Below, piece after piece: positions 63,632 to 64,000 of a stretch of DNA of 64,000 nucleotides. Location: NCBI GenBank assembly GCA_951406725.2, contig OX597814.1, positions 12,586,001 through 12,650,000 on the forward strand, read 5' to 3'. The number at the start of each line of letters is the position of its first letter. The stretch's first letter is position 1. The notes beneath the pieces are model-generated. The model was given only the letters and a program-made list of their open reading frames with translations. It made no database searches and had not been told where the DNA came from. The stretch is from Octopus vulgaris. Lineage: Eukaryota. The position numbers and the translations under genes are program-made.

Positions 63632-64000
63632 AGACCTTTTTGCTTTCGACACCGTATCTAGGGATGCTCTTTGGGCTGTCCTTAGAAAACTAGATGTTCC
63701 AGAAAAGATGCCCAATATCATAATTTCTTTCCATCAAGTAATGACGGCTTCTGTCAGATCTAGCGGGGAAGTGACCAATTCATTCACAGTTTTAAATGGG
63801 ATAAAACAAGGCTGTATTCTTGCACCACTCTTATTTACATTGTATTGCTCCGTCATGTTGGAAGCAGTGTTCGAAGGTGTGAAAGATACAGTAAAGTTTG
63901 AGTACAGAACTTGTTCGTTCAACCAACAGCGATTCAAAGCAAGAATATAATATTTTAGTGCAAATAGTTCGCTCTTCGCAGACGATTGTGTACTTGTAGC
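63632..64000 (+). mobile_element. RTE LINE RT fragment (runs off the window)
   Basis: AFDTVSRDALWAVLRKL.VPEK..NIIISFH..M.A.V, GIKQGCILAPLLF and LFADDCVL. Confidence 0.85.

Overview
Eukaryotic, AT-rich DNA saturated with microsatellites and transposable elements. The SINE families match those I recall from octopus, so an Octopus intergenic or intronic region is inferred, not proven. No host protein-coding exon can be supported, and most ORFs in the track are translations of microsatellites or SINEs. Contents: three tRNA-derived SINE families (about 20 copies); CR1-group and RTE LINE remnants; Penelope- and Neptune-type PLE remnants; nested mariners plus Tc1, maT and rosa-like fragments; a non-autonomous Helitron; a Gypsy-type LTR with primer binding site; and an isolated 5S rRNA copy. 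The unusual signal is a set of type I hammerhead ribozymes (21-66, 3569-3614, 8247-8309, 56600-56637 and decayed copies). The best candidate for a new system is at 3425-5440. There an ORF1-only (CCHC knuckle, no RT) retroposon with a 9-bp TSD sits 12 nt upstream of a hammerhead, inside a ~370-bp retrozyme-like unit. An uninterrupted relative of that unit lies at the start of the window.
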